From Vibrio alginolyticus NBRC 15630 = ATCC 17749 (GTDB lineage Bacteria > Pseudomonadota > Gammaproteobacteria > Enterobacterales > Vibrionaceae), in assembly GCF_000354175.2 (NCBI RefSeq), contig NC_022349.1, positions 1,080,001 to 1,112,000 of the forward strand: 32,000 nt of DNA, given 5' to 3'. Below are positions 17,619 through 27,214 of the stretch, piece after piece. The notes beneath the pieces are model-generated. The model made no database searches. It saw only the letters and a list, made by a program, of their open reading frames with translations, and was not told where the DNA came from. The position numbers and the translations under genes are program-made. Positions within the stretch are counted from its first letter, which is position 1. Every line of letters starts with the position of its first letter.

Positions 17619-19451
17619 TTATTGTTTCAATGCTTGGAAAATAATTTCTGCTAAAGAGTGACTTATTCCCGGTACTTTGGCGATTTCTTCGACACTTGCA
17701 CGTTTAAGTTCTTGTAACCCACCCATGTACTTGAGTAACGCCTGACGTCGTTTAGGGCCGATTCCCTCAATCCCTTCGAGTGCACTCGTACGTCTGGTTT
17801 TACCTCGCTTAGCACGGTGCCCCGCTATAGCATGGTTATGGCTTTCATCACGAATATGTTGAATAAGATGCAGCGCAGGAGCATCGCTTGGTAAATGAAA
17901 CTCGTCCCCATCGACTGTAATCAGCGTTTCTAAACCTGGTTTGCGAGTAACGCCTTTTGCAATACCAATCATGATAGGACGCTTTGGCCAATCCCCCCAG
18001 TACTGCGAAATGATGTCATGCGCACGATTTAACTGACCTTTACCGCCATCGATAAAGATGATGTCGGGAATTTTCTCTACGTCCAATTGCTTCGAATAAC
18101 GGCGCTCCAACGCTTGTCCCATTGCTGCGTAATCATCACCACCGGTAATCCCAGTAATGTTGTAGCGACGATACTCTTGCTTTACGGGGCCTTCGTTGTT
18201 GAACACAACACATGACGCAATCGTGCTTTCCCCCATCGTATGAGAGATATCAAAACATTCCATTCGAGCTATAGACTCCAAATTCAATGTTTCGCGAAGC
18301 GCATGAAAACGTTGATTAATCGTCATTTTGTGATTGATTTTGGTGGTAATCGCCGTTAGTGCATTCGTGTTCGAAAGCTTGAGATACCTTGCTCGAGAGC
18401 CAGTTGGCGACGTATGAAAATGAACCTTACGGCCTGCCACTTCACTTAACGCTTTCTGTATTGGCGCAATATCTTCTGCCAACTCTTGATTCAAAATAAT
18501 ACGAGAAGGAATTGTACGTGCTTCGTTATGGCTCAAATAGTATTGAGTCAGAAAACTATCGAACACTTCCTGCTGGCTTGTATTTTGTGGGATTTTCGGA
18601 AAATGGCTACGGCTACCAAGCACTTTGCCTTGGCGTATCATCAGGATATGGATACACGCGATACCATTCTCCTGAGCAAACCCGAGTACATCCATATCAT
18701 CCATGCTGTCTTCTGAGACGTACTGCTGCTCTTGAACACGCCTAATCGCTTGGATTTGATCGCGAAATTTAGCGGCATCTTCAAAGCGCAATTGCTGACT
18801 GGCAACTTCCATTTTCTCGATCAGTTGTTTGAGTACTTGCTGATCTTTGCCTTGCAAAAACATTCGCACAAAGCCAACCAACTCTGCATATTCTTCATCA
18901 GAAATGATGGTATTAACGCATGGTCCTGCACAACGACCAATTTGGTACATCAAACATGGGCGCGTTCGGTTGGAATAGACAGTGTCTTCACACTGGCGCA
19001 CAGGAAATATCTTTTGCAGCAAATGCAATGTTTCTCTTACTGCACCAGAATCTGGGTAGGGGCCAAAATATTCACCTTTGCGCTTCTTGGCGCCACGGTG
19101 GATAGAAAGCCGTGGGTGCTTATGACCGCTAATAAAGATGTAAGGGTAAGACTTATCATCTCGCAGCAACACATTGTATTTCGGTAAATACTGCTTGATG
19201 TAGTTATGCTCTAAGATCAACGCTTCTGTCTCAGTGTGAGTCACCGTGACGTCTATTTTGGCGATATTACTGACAAGCGCGCGAGTTTTCTCACTGTCTA
19301 CTTTTTTTCGAAAGTAGCTTGAAAGGCGCTTTTTAAGGTCTTTGGCTTTACCTACGTAGATTACAACAGCTTCGGCGTTGTACATTCTGTAAACGCCGGG
19401 CTGATGAGTTACTGTCTTGAGAAAGGAAGCCGAATCGAAAGGAGGATTCAC
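17619..19451 (-). CDS. uvrC: Excinuclease ABC subunit C
   Basis: 610 aa with a GIY-YIG N-terminus ([29 protein letters not shown]), a UVR domain and a C-terminal helix-hairpin-helix. GTG start at 19451 lies 1 nt after the uvrY stop. Confidence 0.96.
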   Translation of the reverse strand: MNPPFDSASFLKTVTHQPGVYRMYNAEAVVIYVGKAKDLKKRLSSYFRKKVDSEKTRALVSNIAKIDVTVTHTETEALILEHNYIKQYLPKYNVLLRDDKSYPYIFISGHKHPRLSIHRGAKKRKGEYFGPYPDSGAVRETLHLLQKIFPVRQCEDTVYSNRTRPCLMYQIGRCAGPCVNTIISDEEYAELVGFVRMFLQGKDQQVLKQLIEKMEVASQQLRFEDAAKFRDQIQAIRRVQEQQYVSEDSMDDMDVLGFAQENGIACIHILMIRQGKVLGSRSHFPKIPQNTSQQEVFDSFLTQYYLSHNEARTIPSRIILNQELAEDIAPIQKALSEVAGRKVHFHTSPTGSRARYLKLSNTNALTAITTKINHKMTINQRFHALRETLNLESIARMECFDISHTMGESTIASCVVFNNEGPVKQEYRRYNITGITGGDDYAAMGQALERRYSKQLDVEKIPDIIFIDGGKGQLNRAHDIISQYWGDWPKRPIMIGIAKGVTRKPGLETLITVDGDEFHLPSDAPALHLIQHIRDESHNHAIAGHRAKRGKTRRTSALEGIEGIGPKRRQALLKYMGGLQELKRASVEEIAKVPGISHSLAEIIFQALKQ

Positions 19452-19452
19452 G

Positions 19453-20097
19453 CTAAAGGGTCTCGGTGTCCAGCATTCCGTGGCGAATCGCTAAGTGAGT
19501 TAACTCAACGTCACCATTAATGTCCAATTTACTAAAGAGTCGGTAGCGATAGCTGTTGACTGTCTTTGGACTTAAATTAAGTTGCTCAGAAATATCCGTT
19601 ACCTTTTGGCCTTTGGTGATCATAAGCATGATCTGCAATTCACGTTCGGATAAGTCTTTAAAAGGGTTCTCAGAGGCTGGAGAAAATTGACTCAATGCCA
19701 TCTGCTGCGCAATCTCTGGCGAGATGTAACGCTGCCCACTATTAACTACACGAATCGCATTCACCATTTCGTCAGGGCCAGCACCTTTGGTTAAATAACC
19801 AGACGCACCTGCCTGCATCACCTTGGTTGGAAACGGGTTTTCTGTATGAACGGTAAGTACGATGATTTTCACATCAGGATTCACGCGAAGAATTTTTTTA
19901 GTGGCTTCCAAGCCGCCAATTCCTGGCATGTTCATGTCCATTAAAACGACGTCAGCATGATTACTGCGACACCATTTTACTGCATCTTCACCGCTGTCAG
20001 CTTCTCCTGCTACGTTCATTCCACGGACGTCTTCAATAATACGTCGTATCCCTGTGCGAACCAGCTCGTGATCATCTACAAGGAAAACATTTATCAA
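19453..20097 (-). CDS. uvrY: Two-component response regulator UvrY/VarA (GacA family, REC + LuxR-type HTH)
   Basis: 214 aa, beginning [20 protein letters not shown]... It contains [11 protein letters not shown] and the C-terminal HTH motif [17 protein letters not shown]. It sits directly upstream of uvrC, as in E. coli. Confidence 0.93.
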   Translation of the reverse strand: MINVFLVDDHELVRTGIRRIIEDVRGMNVAGEADSGEDAVKWCRSNHADVVLMDMNMPGIGGLEATKKILRVNPDVKIIVLTVHTENPFPTKVMQAGASGYLTKGAGPDEMVNAIRVVNSGQRYISPEIAQQMALSQFSPASENPFKDLSERELQIMLMITKGQKVTDISEQLNLSPKTVNSYRYRLFSKLDINGDVELTHLAIRHGMLDTETL

Positions 20098-20457
20098 ACT
20101 TGTATCTCCACACTTTGTATTGGTTCTGCACCCACATAACCATTATTTGTTAAATGTGGATATCAGTATGACTGCCTATATACTAACGTAATCGACAAAA
20201 AATTGCTTTCTATGAATATGTGCTGAAACGCAAACTTTAGCAAGAACTTATTCATAAACCACTCTATTATTTTAGAGCGTGATGAGCAGAACCGAAATCT
20301 AAGAAAAGACAATTAACAACATTAAGTACAATAAATCAAGTAACTAGGTTTCATATTGCCCAGAGAAACACGCTATAACTTAAAATGACACTGTCCCTCT
20401 TGCACCAAAGACTAACTTGTAATCACTAATTCCAGCAAAAATTTGAGACGCTTTCTT

Positions 20458-20477
20458 TACTGGTTATTTTTACAGTT
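20458..20477 (+). promoter_or_regulatory. LexA (SOS) box upstream of polB
   Basis: TACTGGTTATTTTTACAGTT fits CTG-N10-CAG, deviating from CTGT-N8-ACAG at one position. It lies 48 bp upstream of the polB start. polB (dinA) is an established SOS gene in E. coli. Confidence 0.6.
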
Positions 20478-20524
20478 CTTAGTGTTAAACTAACGTTCTT
20501 CAAGTTTTCTAAGGTTTCTCACAT

Positions 20525-22888
20525 TTGAATATTCAACAAGGCTTCCTGCTAACTCGACAGGCACGAGACATCAAAGGTCAAACTCAAATCGAGCTGTGGC
20601 TTTCGACAGAAGCAGGTCCTACTCAGTTACTTATTAATGGTGAGAAGCCAGTATTTTTCATCGCTCAGAAACACTCAGAGCAAGCAAAGACACTCGCACG
20701 AGAAAAAAACATATTCGTCGACATCCGCCTTTTGGATCTCAAAACGTTTGAACATACTCCTCTTGCTGCCTGCTATACCAATGTAACCAGAGACGCTCTC
20801 GCACTCAAAGACACATTCGCTCAAAAAGATATCACTACGTATGAAAGTGATATTCGCCTCGCCGATCGCTACCTAATGGAGCGTTTTATCAAAGGCAGTA
20901 TCGAGTTTACAGGCAATGTGACTCGCACCAATGGCTACCAACGCGTCCAGAGCGCAAAATGCCGTGCGGGGCAATATGAGCCGAAGTTAAACGTTGTCTC
21001 GTTAGATCTAGAATGCTCTGAGAAAGGCATTCTTTACTCAATCGGATTAGACAGCATCATGGATTCCCGCGTTATCATGATCGGAGAACCAGAACCTTCG
21101 GAGACACCGATACAATGGGTTAAGGATGAAAAAGCGCTTCTAGAAGCACTCATCGTTTGGTTTAAACAATTCGACCCCGATGTCATTGTCGGTTGGAACG
21201 TCATTGATTTTGACTTTCGTCTGCTACACAAACGAGCAGAATGGCACAACATGAAGCTAATGCTTGGTAGAGCAGACCAAGCCAGCTTTTTCAGAAGTTC
21301 ATCTCAAAGCCAACAAGGGTTTATTTCCATTCCAGGGCGAGTTGTAATGGACGGTATCGATACGTTAAAAACGGCGACTTATCACTTTCGGTCTTGGTCA
21401 TTAGAGTCTGTATCTCAAGAACTCTTAGGGGAAGGGAAAGAAATCCACAACGTTCATGACCGCATGGATGAGATCAATCGTATGTACCGCTCCGACAAAC
21501 CATCGCTGGCTAAATATAATTTACAAGACTGCGTGTTAGTGAATAAGATTTTCAATCACACTCACCTGCTCGACTTTGCAATAGAGCGCTCTCGTCTCAC
21601 TGGTGTCGAACTGGATCGTGTCGGCGGTTCGGTTGCAGCATTCACAAACCTATACATGCCTCAGATACACCGAGCAGGCTACGTTGCTCCGAACCTACAC
21701 CCTGAAAATTGGATTGCCAGCCCCGGCGGTTACGTGATGGACTCCATCCCTAACCTATATGATTCTGTTTTAGTATTGGATTTTAAGAGTCTATATCCAT
21801 CGATTATTCGCTCTTTCTTGATTGATCCTATGGGTTTAGTTGAGGGGTTATTGCTCGATATTGGAAAAGAAGAAAATCAGGCTGTACCTGGCTTTCGCGG
21901 TGGGCAGTTCCATCGTACGAAACACTTTTTACCAGAAATGATTGAAAAGCTTTGGGCAGCACGTGATGTGGCAAAGAAGAACAATGAAAAAGCTTTTTCT
22001 CAGGCAATCAAAATCATCATGAACTCCTTTTATGGCGTACTGGGCTCATCGGGATGTCGTTTCTTTGATACTCGGTTAGCTTCTAGTATTACCATGCGCG
22101 GACATGAAATCATGAAGCAAACTAAGGTGCTGATTGAGGAGCAAGGATATCAAGTGATTTACGGCGATACGGATTCCACATTCGTGTCGTTGAATCGACC
22201 ATACAGTCAAGTAGAAGCTGACGCTGTTGGAAATCAATTAGTTGATTACATCAACTCTTGGTGGCAAGAACACCTGCGTTCTGAGTACAACCTAACATCT
22301 ATGTTGGAAATCGAGTATGAAACCCATTATCGCAGATTCCTTATGCCAACGATTCGTGGCGCAGAAACTGGCTCGAAAAAGCGCTATGCGGGTTTAATCG
22401 GTGAAGGAGAGCAAGAACGGATTGTATTTAAAGGGTTAGAAAGTGCCCGTACTGACTGGACCTCGTTAGCACAGAAATTTCAAAATACACTCTATAGCAT
22501 GATTTTCCATGGTGAAGATCCAAGCGACTATGTCCGAGAGATGGTTGAGAAAACTAACAACGGTGAATTTGATGAACAGTTGGTGTATCAAAAGCGACTG
22601 CGAAGAAAACTGCATGAGTATCAGAAGAACGTCCCGCCACAAGTGCGTGCAGCTCGTTTAGCCGATGAGATAAATGCCAAGCTTGGCCGCCCATTACAGT
22701 ATCAAAACAAAGGACGAATTGAATACATTATTACCGTGAACGGTCCTGAACCTTATGAGTACCTCAATAGCCCGATTGATTATCAACATTACATTGATAA
22801 ACAACTCAAACCCGTTGCAGATGCGATTCTCCCTTTCATTGGGACGGATTTTGACAGGCTTTCAGCGCCACAAATGGGGTTGTTTTAG
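20525..22888 (+). CDS. polB: DNA polymerase II (family B)
   Basis: 787 aa with exonuclease motifs (LDLECS), polymerase motifs (DFKSLYPSII, KIIMNSFYGVLG, YGDTDS) and an N-terminus MNIQQGFLLTRQ... colinear with E. coli PolB. It apparently starts at TTG, and there is no in-frame ATG nearby. Confidence 0.95.
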   Translation: MNIQQGFLLTRQARDIKGQTQIELWLSTEAGPTQLLINGEKPVFFIAQKHSEQAKTLAREKNIFVDIRLLDLKTFEHTPLAACYTNVTRDALALKDTFAQKDITTYESDIRLADRYLMERFIKGSIEFTGNVTRTNGYQRVQSAKCRAGQYEPKLNVVSLDLECSEKGILYSIGLDSIMDSRVIMIGEPEPSETPIQWVKDEKALLEALIVWFKQFDPDVIVGWNVIDFDFRLLHKRAEWHNMKLMLGRADQASFFRSSSQSQQGFISIPGRVVMDGIDTLKTATYHFRSWSLESVSQELLGEGKEIHNVHDRMDEINRMYRSDKPSLAKYNLQDCVLVNKIFNHTHLLDFAIERSRLTGVELDRVGGSVAAFTNLYMPQIHRAGYVAPNLHPENWIASPGGYVMDSIPNLYDSVLVLDFKSLYPSIIRSFLIDPMGLVEGLLLDIGKEENQAVPGFRGGQFHRTKHFLPEMIEKLWAARDVAKKNNEKAFSQAIKIIMNSFYGVLGSSGCRFFDTRLASSITMRGHEIMKQTKVLIEEQGYQVIYGDTDSTFVSLNRPYSQVEADAVGNQLVDYINSWWQEHLRSEYNLTSMLEIEYETHYRRFLMPTIRGAETGSKKRYAGLIGEGEQERIVFKGLESARTDWTSLAQKFQNTLYSMIFHGEDPSDYVREMVEKTNNGEFDEQLVYQKRLRRKLHEYQKNVPPQVRAARLADEINAKLGRPLQYQNKGRIEYIITVNGPEPYEYLNSPIDYQHYIDKQLKPVADAILPFIGTDFDRLSAPQMGLF

Positions 22889-23652
22889 CCGATACGAAAC
22901 TCTGTTTTCTGGTACTGTTTTGCTAACCAATCACCAAACGCATCAATTAGCCCGATAACAGAACGCTTGGGAATACCCCGGCCAGAAAGTAAAATTTCTA
23001 GCCGCTCGATCTCAAGCTGCTTTTCAGGATGATAAGTTAAGAATACCTTGCCACACTCTACGGGGTCATCAAACCAACGTTTATCTCGATACATCACCAA
23101 AGAGTATGACGCTCTTAGTAACTTTTTAGCAATCACGCGCTGGGCGGCCACCTGCTCTTCTATCGTCTTCGCTTGTACGATTTTTTTGCGATAAGCCGTA
23201 ATCCAATCTTCCACATCCATATTCCAGTGCTTAGCAATTTCCCAACTTGGGACGTAATCACCAAAACAGTCTGCTAGATCATCACCATAAACACAGACAC
23301 AGCAATGCTTAAGCATAAAGCCCCAAGTGAAAATACTATCTAAATTAGCTACTTCGCTCACTAAGGCTGTACGGACCGATACACCATTAACGTGAGGGTA
23401 ACTCTGCTGCGCACGCCACTTAATTGTGTTGAGCAAAGTCGCGCGATTGTGCTCAAAGGATGATTGAGTAACGACAACCAGGTCTAAGTTCGACTTCCCT
23501 GCGATCGCTGTTTTACGAGCAACACTACCGTATACATAAACGCTGTGTAAGTTTTGCCCCAGTCCACCTTTGAGACAAGCGGTGACTTCCCTAATTAAAG
23601 GCGCAAACTCTGGTTGAAATGGTTGTTTAGGATCGATAACAGGCAGAGACAT
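22885..23652 (-). CDS. Nucleotidyltransferase-fold protein (Pol-beta superfamily, ANT/MNT-like), function unknown
   Basis: 255 aa. The motif VYVYGSVARKTAIAGKSNLDLVVV matches the hG[GS]x9-13Dh[DE]h NTase signature seen for example in AadA-type adenylyltransferases. The helical C-terminal half is not recognisable to me. The SD is weak. Confidence 0.65.
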   Translation of the reverse strand: MSLPVIDPKQPFQPEFAPLIREVTACLKGGLGQNLHSVYVYGSVARKTAIAGKSNLDLVVVTQSSFEHNRATLLNTIKWRAQQSYPHVNGVSVRTALVSEVANLDSIFTWGFMLKHCCVCVYGDDLADCFGDYVPSWEIAKHWNMDVEDWITAYRKKIVQAKTIEEQVAAQRVIAKKLLRASYSLVMYRDKRWFDDPVECGKVFLTYHPEKQLEIERLEILLSGRGIPKRSVIGLIDAFGDWLAKQYQKTEFRIG

Positions 23653-23846
23653 GACTTAAAACGTGTTCTCAGATGGTTCAAGAAGTTGGGCTATATGTTC
23701 TCTTAGCCGACTCACTGAATCAAGTCCATTCAGGTGTTTAGTCATGGGAGTAACAACAAATTTCTGCAATGAATTTTAATGCTAGGCGGCTAACTTAGCG
23801 CTATAATCACCGAGTTTTGCTTAATAAGTATGAATAGGAATATACA

Positions 23847-24413
23847 ATGCCAAAGGCAAGTGAAATCAAAAAAGGCTTCGCAATCGAGTCTAATGGTAAA
23901 ACTCTTCTAGTTAAAGACATCGAAGTAACGACTCCAGGCGGTCGTGGCGGCGCTAAAATCTACAAAATGCGTTGTACAGATCTAAACACGGGCGCACGTG
24001 TAGATGAGCGTTACAAGTCTGATGACGTTGTTGAAACGGTAGAAATGAACAAACGTGCAGTTGTGTACTCATACGCTGACGGCGATGAGCACATCTTCAT
24101 GGATAACGAAGACTACTCACAATACACATTCAAGCACAATGAAGTTGAAGACGACATGCTGTTCATCAACGAAGATACACAAGGTATCCACATTATCCTT
24201 GTTAACGGTGCTGCAGTGGGTATTGAACTACCATCTTCTGTTGAGCTAGTGATTGAAGAAACTGACCCTTCAATCAAAGGTGCTTCTGCATCTGCTCGCA
24301 CTAAGCCAGCACGCTTCGCTTCAGGTCTTGTCATCCAGGTTCCTGAGTACATTGCAACTGGTGACCGTGTTATCATTAACACAGCTGAACGTAAATACAT
24401 GAGCCGAGCATAA
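23847..24413 (+). CDS. yeiP: Elongation factor P-like protein
   Basis: 188 aa. MPKASEIKKGFAIESNGKTLLVKDIEVTTPGGRGGAKIYKMR... is colinear with E. coli YeiP/EfpL and has Arg at the loop tip. The C-terminal motif is GLVIQVPEYI. Confidence 0.92.
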   Translation: MPKASEIKKGFAIESNGKTLLVKDIEVTTPGGRGGAKIYKMRCTDLNTGARVDERYKSDDVVETVEMNKRAVVYSYADGDEHIFMDNEDYSQYTFKHNEVEDDMLFINEDTQGIHIILVNGAAVGIELPSSVELVIEETDPSIKGASASARTKPARFASGLVIQVPEYIATGDRVIINTAERKYMSRA

Positions 24414-24415
24414 GC

Positions 24416-24736
24416 ATGTCTGATTTGATTTCTTACGACGACGTCATCGACGCAGCGTACGACATTTTCCTTGAGATGGCTCCAGATAACCTAGAGCCTG
24501 CTGACGTGATTCTGTTTACTGCGCAATTTGAAGATCGTGGTGCCGCAGAACTTGTTGAAACCGGTGATGACTGGGTTGAACATGTTGGCTTCGAGATCGA
24601 CAAAGAAGTATATGCAGAGGTTCGTATCGGCCTAGTAAATGAGGAAAATGACGTTCTTGATGACGTATTTGCTCGTATGCTAATCAGCCGAGACCCTGAA
24701 CATAAGTTCTGCCATATGCTTTGGAAACGCGATTAA
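24416..24736 (+). CDS. yciU: dsDNA-mimic protein (HI1450/YciU family, UPF0263)
   Basis: 106 aa and highly acidic. AYDIFLEMAPDNLEPADVILF...RGAAELV...DVFARMLISRDPEHKFCHMLWKR parallels my recollection of E. coli YciU. Confidence 0.85.
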   Translation: MSDLISYDDVIDAAYDIFLEMAPDNLEPADVILFTAQFEDRGAAELVETGDDWVEHVGFEIDKEVYAEVRIGLVNEENDVLDDVFARMLISRDPEHKFCHMLWKRD

Positions 24737-24756
24737 CGTTTCTTCATCATGAACAA

Positions 24757-24786
24757 AGATACCAGCCTAGTGCTGGTATTTTTTTA
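24757..24786 (+). terminator. Rho-independent terminator after yciU
   Basis: ATACCAGC (24759-24766) pairs with GCTGGTAT (24772-24779), followed by a T7 run. Confidence 0.85.
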
Positions 24787-24872
24787 TCTGTTATTTTCGT
24801 CTAGCTGAGATATTTGTTTATACAAAGCACCCTGCTCTATATAGGCTTTAGACCCTTTTGTTATGTAACAGA

Positions 24873-24905
24873 TAAGAAAAAGGCTTGCCGAATTGGCAAG
24901 CCTTT
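24873..24905 (-). terminator. Rho-independent terminator after rluB
   Basis: AAAGGCTTGCC pairs with GGCAAGCCTTT (11 bp, 5-nt loop). On the minus strand it is followed by TTTTTCT. Confidence 0.85.
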
Positions 24906-24923
24906 CTGATGTTTTGCTATCGA

Positions 24924-25862
24924 TTAACGATGCTTGTTGCGTGCGCCTTGGTCACCAGCAGTCTTCTTCGGCTTACGACGAGAAGGGTTGTTGCTGCGAC
25001 CTTTTGGCGTGTTAACACGCTCTTCATGGCGCTTAACTGCGCGACGAATTTTTTGGCTGCGTGCACGCTCACGTTTGCGTGACGTGTTGTCTTTGTTCAG
25101 ATCAAGCATGGTTTCTTTCTCTGGACGAAGCTCTACAAGCTCACGCAAGTAGTTTACTTCTTTCAGGTCAAGCTCCATCCAACCGCCACGAGGCAGTTTC
25201 TTGTCTAAGAAGATGTCGCCGTAACGAACACGTTTCAGACGGCTAACGGTACACTCTTGCGATTCCCATAGTCGACGAACTTCGCGGTTACGACCTTCGT
25301 TGATAACAACGTAAAACGTGTGGTTCATGCCTTCACCACCCGCGTAAACAACATCTTCAAAGCGAGCTAAACCGTCTTCCAGTTCAACACCTTTTACTAG
25401 ATTACGAACTTTCTGTTCAGTTACTTCACCGAACACACGTACTAGGTATTCACGTTCAACTTGGCGGCTTGGGTGCATTAAGCGGTTCGCCAGTTCACCA
25501 TCCGTTGTGAAAAGTAGAAGACCAGAAGTGTTCGCATCCAGACGACCAACTGAAATCCAACGAGAGCCACGAATTTTTGGCAGACGATCAAAAACAGTAC
25601 GACGACCTTCTGGATCGTGACGAGTACACAGTTCACCCTCAGGTTTGTAGTACGCAAGTACACGACAAATCACTTCTTCTTGAATCTTTGCAGAGACAAT
25701 GTGACCATCGATACGAACTACGCTGCTCTCGTCTTCAAGTCTTTCACCAAGCTTAGCGACTACACCGTTCACGCTAACGCGACCAGATTTAATTAACGAT
25801 TCAATCTCACGACGAGAACCGTGACCAGCACGTGCTAATACTTTTTGTAACTTTTCGCTCAT
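24924..25862 (-). CDS. rluB: 23S rRNA pseudouridine(2605) synthase
   Basis: 312 aa with an S4 domain ([20 protein letters not shown]), the RsuA/RluB catalytic motif [15 protein letters not shown] and a Lys/Arg-rich C-terminal tail. Confidence 0.93.
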   Translation of the reverse strand: MSEKLQKVLARAGHGSRREIESLIKSGRVSVNGVVAKLGERLEDESSVVRIDGHIVSAKIQEEVICRVLAYYKPEGELCTRHDPEGRRTVFDRLPKIRGSRWISVGRLDANTSGLLLFTTDGELANRLMHPSRQVEREYLVRVFGEVTEQKVRNLVKGVELEDGLARFEDVVYAGGEGMNHTFYVVINEGRNREVRRLWESQECTVSRLKRVRYGDIFLDKKLPRGGWMELDLKEVNYLRELVELRPEKETMLDLNKDNTSRKRERARSQKIRRAVKRHEERVNTPKGRSNNPSRRKPKKTAGDQGARNKHR

Positions 25863-26427
25863 TTATCTACCTATGTGTCGTCTTCACAGACGTCTAGACC
25901 AGGATTGGTCTGCATTTTGCTATTTACCCATTTCAGTGGGATTTTTCGGTCGGACATTATACGTAACTTTCTTAGTTAATGTAAGCTAAATCGGCGCCAT
26001 TCTCCACACCAAAATTCACTTCAAAAATGACCGAAATATTTGTCCTATTCTGCAACTTTTTTACTACTTAATGCAGGCATTGCTCAACGAGAATCCCACT
26101 AATATCGGTCTTCCTGAACCACTTTAACCACGCGGTACCTGATAAAATTGTCAGGGTTACAACAATAACCACTTGGGGTGTGTTTACTGTTCGTATTGCT
26201 AGAAAGCAACGAAGAATAAGCCGTCCCTGTTTGCTGCTAAGTAATACCAATCATCGCAGACAATGAGCGCTCATAGCAAAACAAGGTCGTGGGTAACAAG
26301 ACAAAAATTGTCTTTAAGTCATTAGTTCACATCAAAAATAACACTAATGCTATCGTGTACTCTGACTCACTAGGTTCGCTCTGCACTCTCGGCGATTGGC
26401 ATAAATCAGACAAAAAGGAATAGAACA

Positions 26428-27138
26428 ATGTCTATGCTAAATCTCGACCTAAATTGGATTTTTGGGACATCTCAAGATGACGATATGACAGGCACAAAAG
26501 GCTCTGAAACAACCGATATTTTCTTCGGCTTCTGTGGTGATGATAAGTTTGTAGGATACGGAGGTAATGATATTGTCTTCGGTGGCTTGGGAGACGATAC
26601 CTTGCTTGGTGGCCGAGGTAACGACTTTGTTTCTGGCGGCTTTGGAAACGACTTCCTATCCGGCGGATTAGGAAACGACAAACTCTTTGGTGGCTGTGGC
26701 GACGACACAATTTTTGATTATTCAGGCAACAACTACTTGAGTGGTGGCTGGGGTAACGACACGCTCGTTGTTGGTGATGGTGAATCAGTACTGAGCGGTG
26801 GCTGTGGAGACGACACCTTCGTGCTTACAAACCGCCTGGCTATTGGTGTACCTGATCAGCCAGTATCTTCCAACGATATTGATGTCAAAGCCGACATTGT
26901 CGATTTTAATATTTTCCATGACAAACTTGTCTTTGATATGGGCCGAGACACTGATAACGATGGCATTCGAGATACGTTCTTGGATTCAGCGGATGATCTG
27001 ACTTTATCTTACAATGAGTGTGGCTGGGCAGTATTCTCAAGTGATGAATACAATGTTGAAGTGACACTAAACGGTGTGAGCTCTGCATACATCAACTATG
27101 CAGAACAAAATGGTATCGACATTTTCGATTTCGCTTAA
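26428..27138 (+). CDS. Small RTX-type (hemolysin-type calcium-binding repeat) protein, putative type I secretion substrate
   Basis: 236 aa with no N-terminal signal peptide. It has 11 in-register GGxGxDxhx nonapeptides (residues 34-132), then a very acidic roughly 100-aa C-terminal region ending ...NGIDIFDFA. AAGGA lies 10 nt upstream of the ATG and a strong terminator follows. Confidence 0.85.
   Translation: MSMLNLDLNWIFGTSQDDDMTGTKGSETTDIFFGFCGDDKFVGYGGNDIVFGGLGDDTLLGGRGNDFVSGGFGNDFLSGGLGNDKLFGGCGDDTIFDYSGNNYLSGGWGNDTLVVGDGESVLSGGCGDDTFVLTNRLAIGVPDQPVSSNDIDVKADIVDFNIFHDKLVFDMGRDTDNDGIRDTFLDSADDLTLSYNECGWAVFSSDEYNVEVTLNGVSSAYINYAEQNGIDIFDFA
26527..26823 (+). repeat. 11 tandem 27-bp coding repeats (RTX nonapeptides)
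   Basis: The units are GFCGDDKFV, GYGGNDIVF, GGLGDDTLL, GGRGNDFVS, GGFGNDFLS, GGLGNDKLF, GGCGDDTIF, DYSGNNYLS, GGWGNDTLV, VGDGESVLS and GGCGDDTFV, with exact 9-codon periodicity. Confidence 0.9.
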
Positions 27139-27180
27139 CCTCAATCAGTTAAGTTCAATGAGATATTCGATATGACAACT

Positions 27181-27214
27181 AAAATAGGAGGCGCGATGCC
27201 TCCTATTTTGTTTG
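27181..27214. terminator. Bidirectional terminator between the RTX gene (+) and yciO (-)
   Basis: ATAGGAGGC (27184-27192) pairs with GCCTCCTAT (27198-27206). It is flanked by AAA upstream and TTTGTTT downstream. Confidence 0.85.

Noticed and set aside
18732-19187. 151-aa plus-strand ORF, the longest unassigned ORF in the track
   Set aside because: It is fully antisense to uvrC, starts at TTG, and has no motifs. Long antisense ORFs are expected opposite well-conserved genes. The same reasoning applies to 7499-7843 (antisense to yfaY), 11666-12004 (antisense to CANSDH) and 24934-25152 (antisense to rluB).
24784-24875. 10-bp inverted repeat TTATCTGTTA / TAACAGATAA separated by 72 nt between the yciU and rluB terminators
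   Set aside because: Both arms partly derive from the A/T runs flanking the two convergent terminators. The enclosed sequence has no coding or mobile-element features, so the repeat is probably fortuitous.
26068-26250. 60-aa minus-strand ORF in the rluB-RTX spacer
   Set aside because: It has no SD and a hydrophobic, low-information sequence, and it sits at the minimum size threshold. There is no supporting signal.
26432-26710. Minus-strand ORFs giving a striking Pro/Lys/Ser-rich repetitive peptide (…PKPPETKSLPRPPSKVSSPKPPKT…)
   Set aside because: This is the antisense reading of the 27-bp RTX coding repeats (GGN GGN on the sense strand gives CCN on the antisense). The periodicity is inherited from the sense gene, which has the SD, the terminator and the canonical motif.
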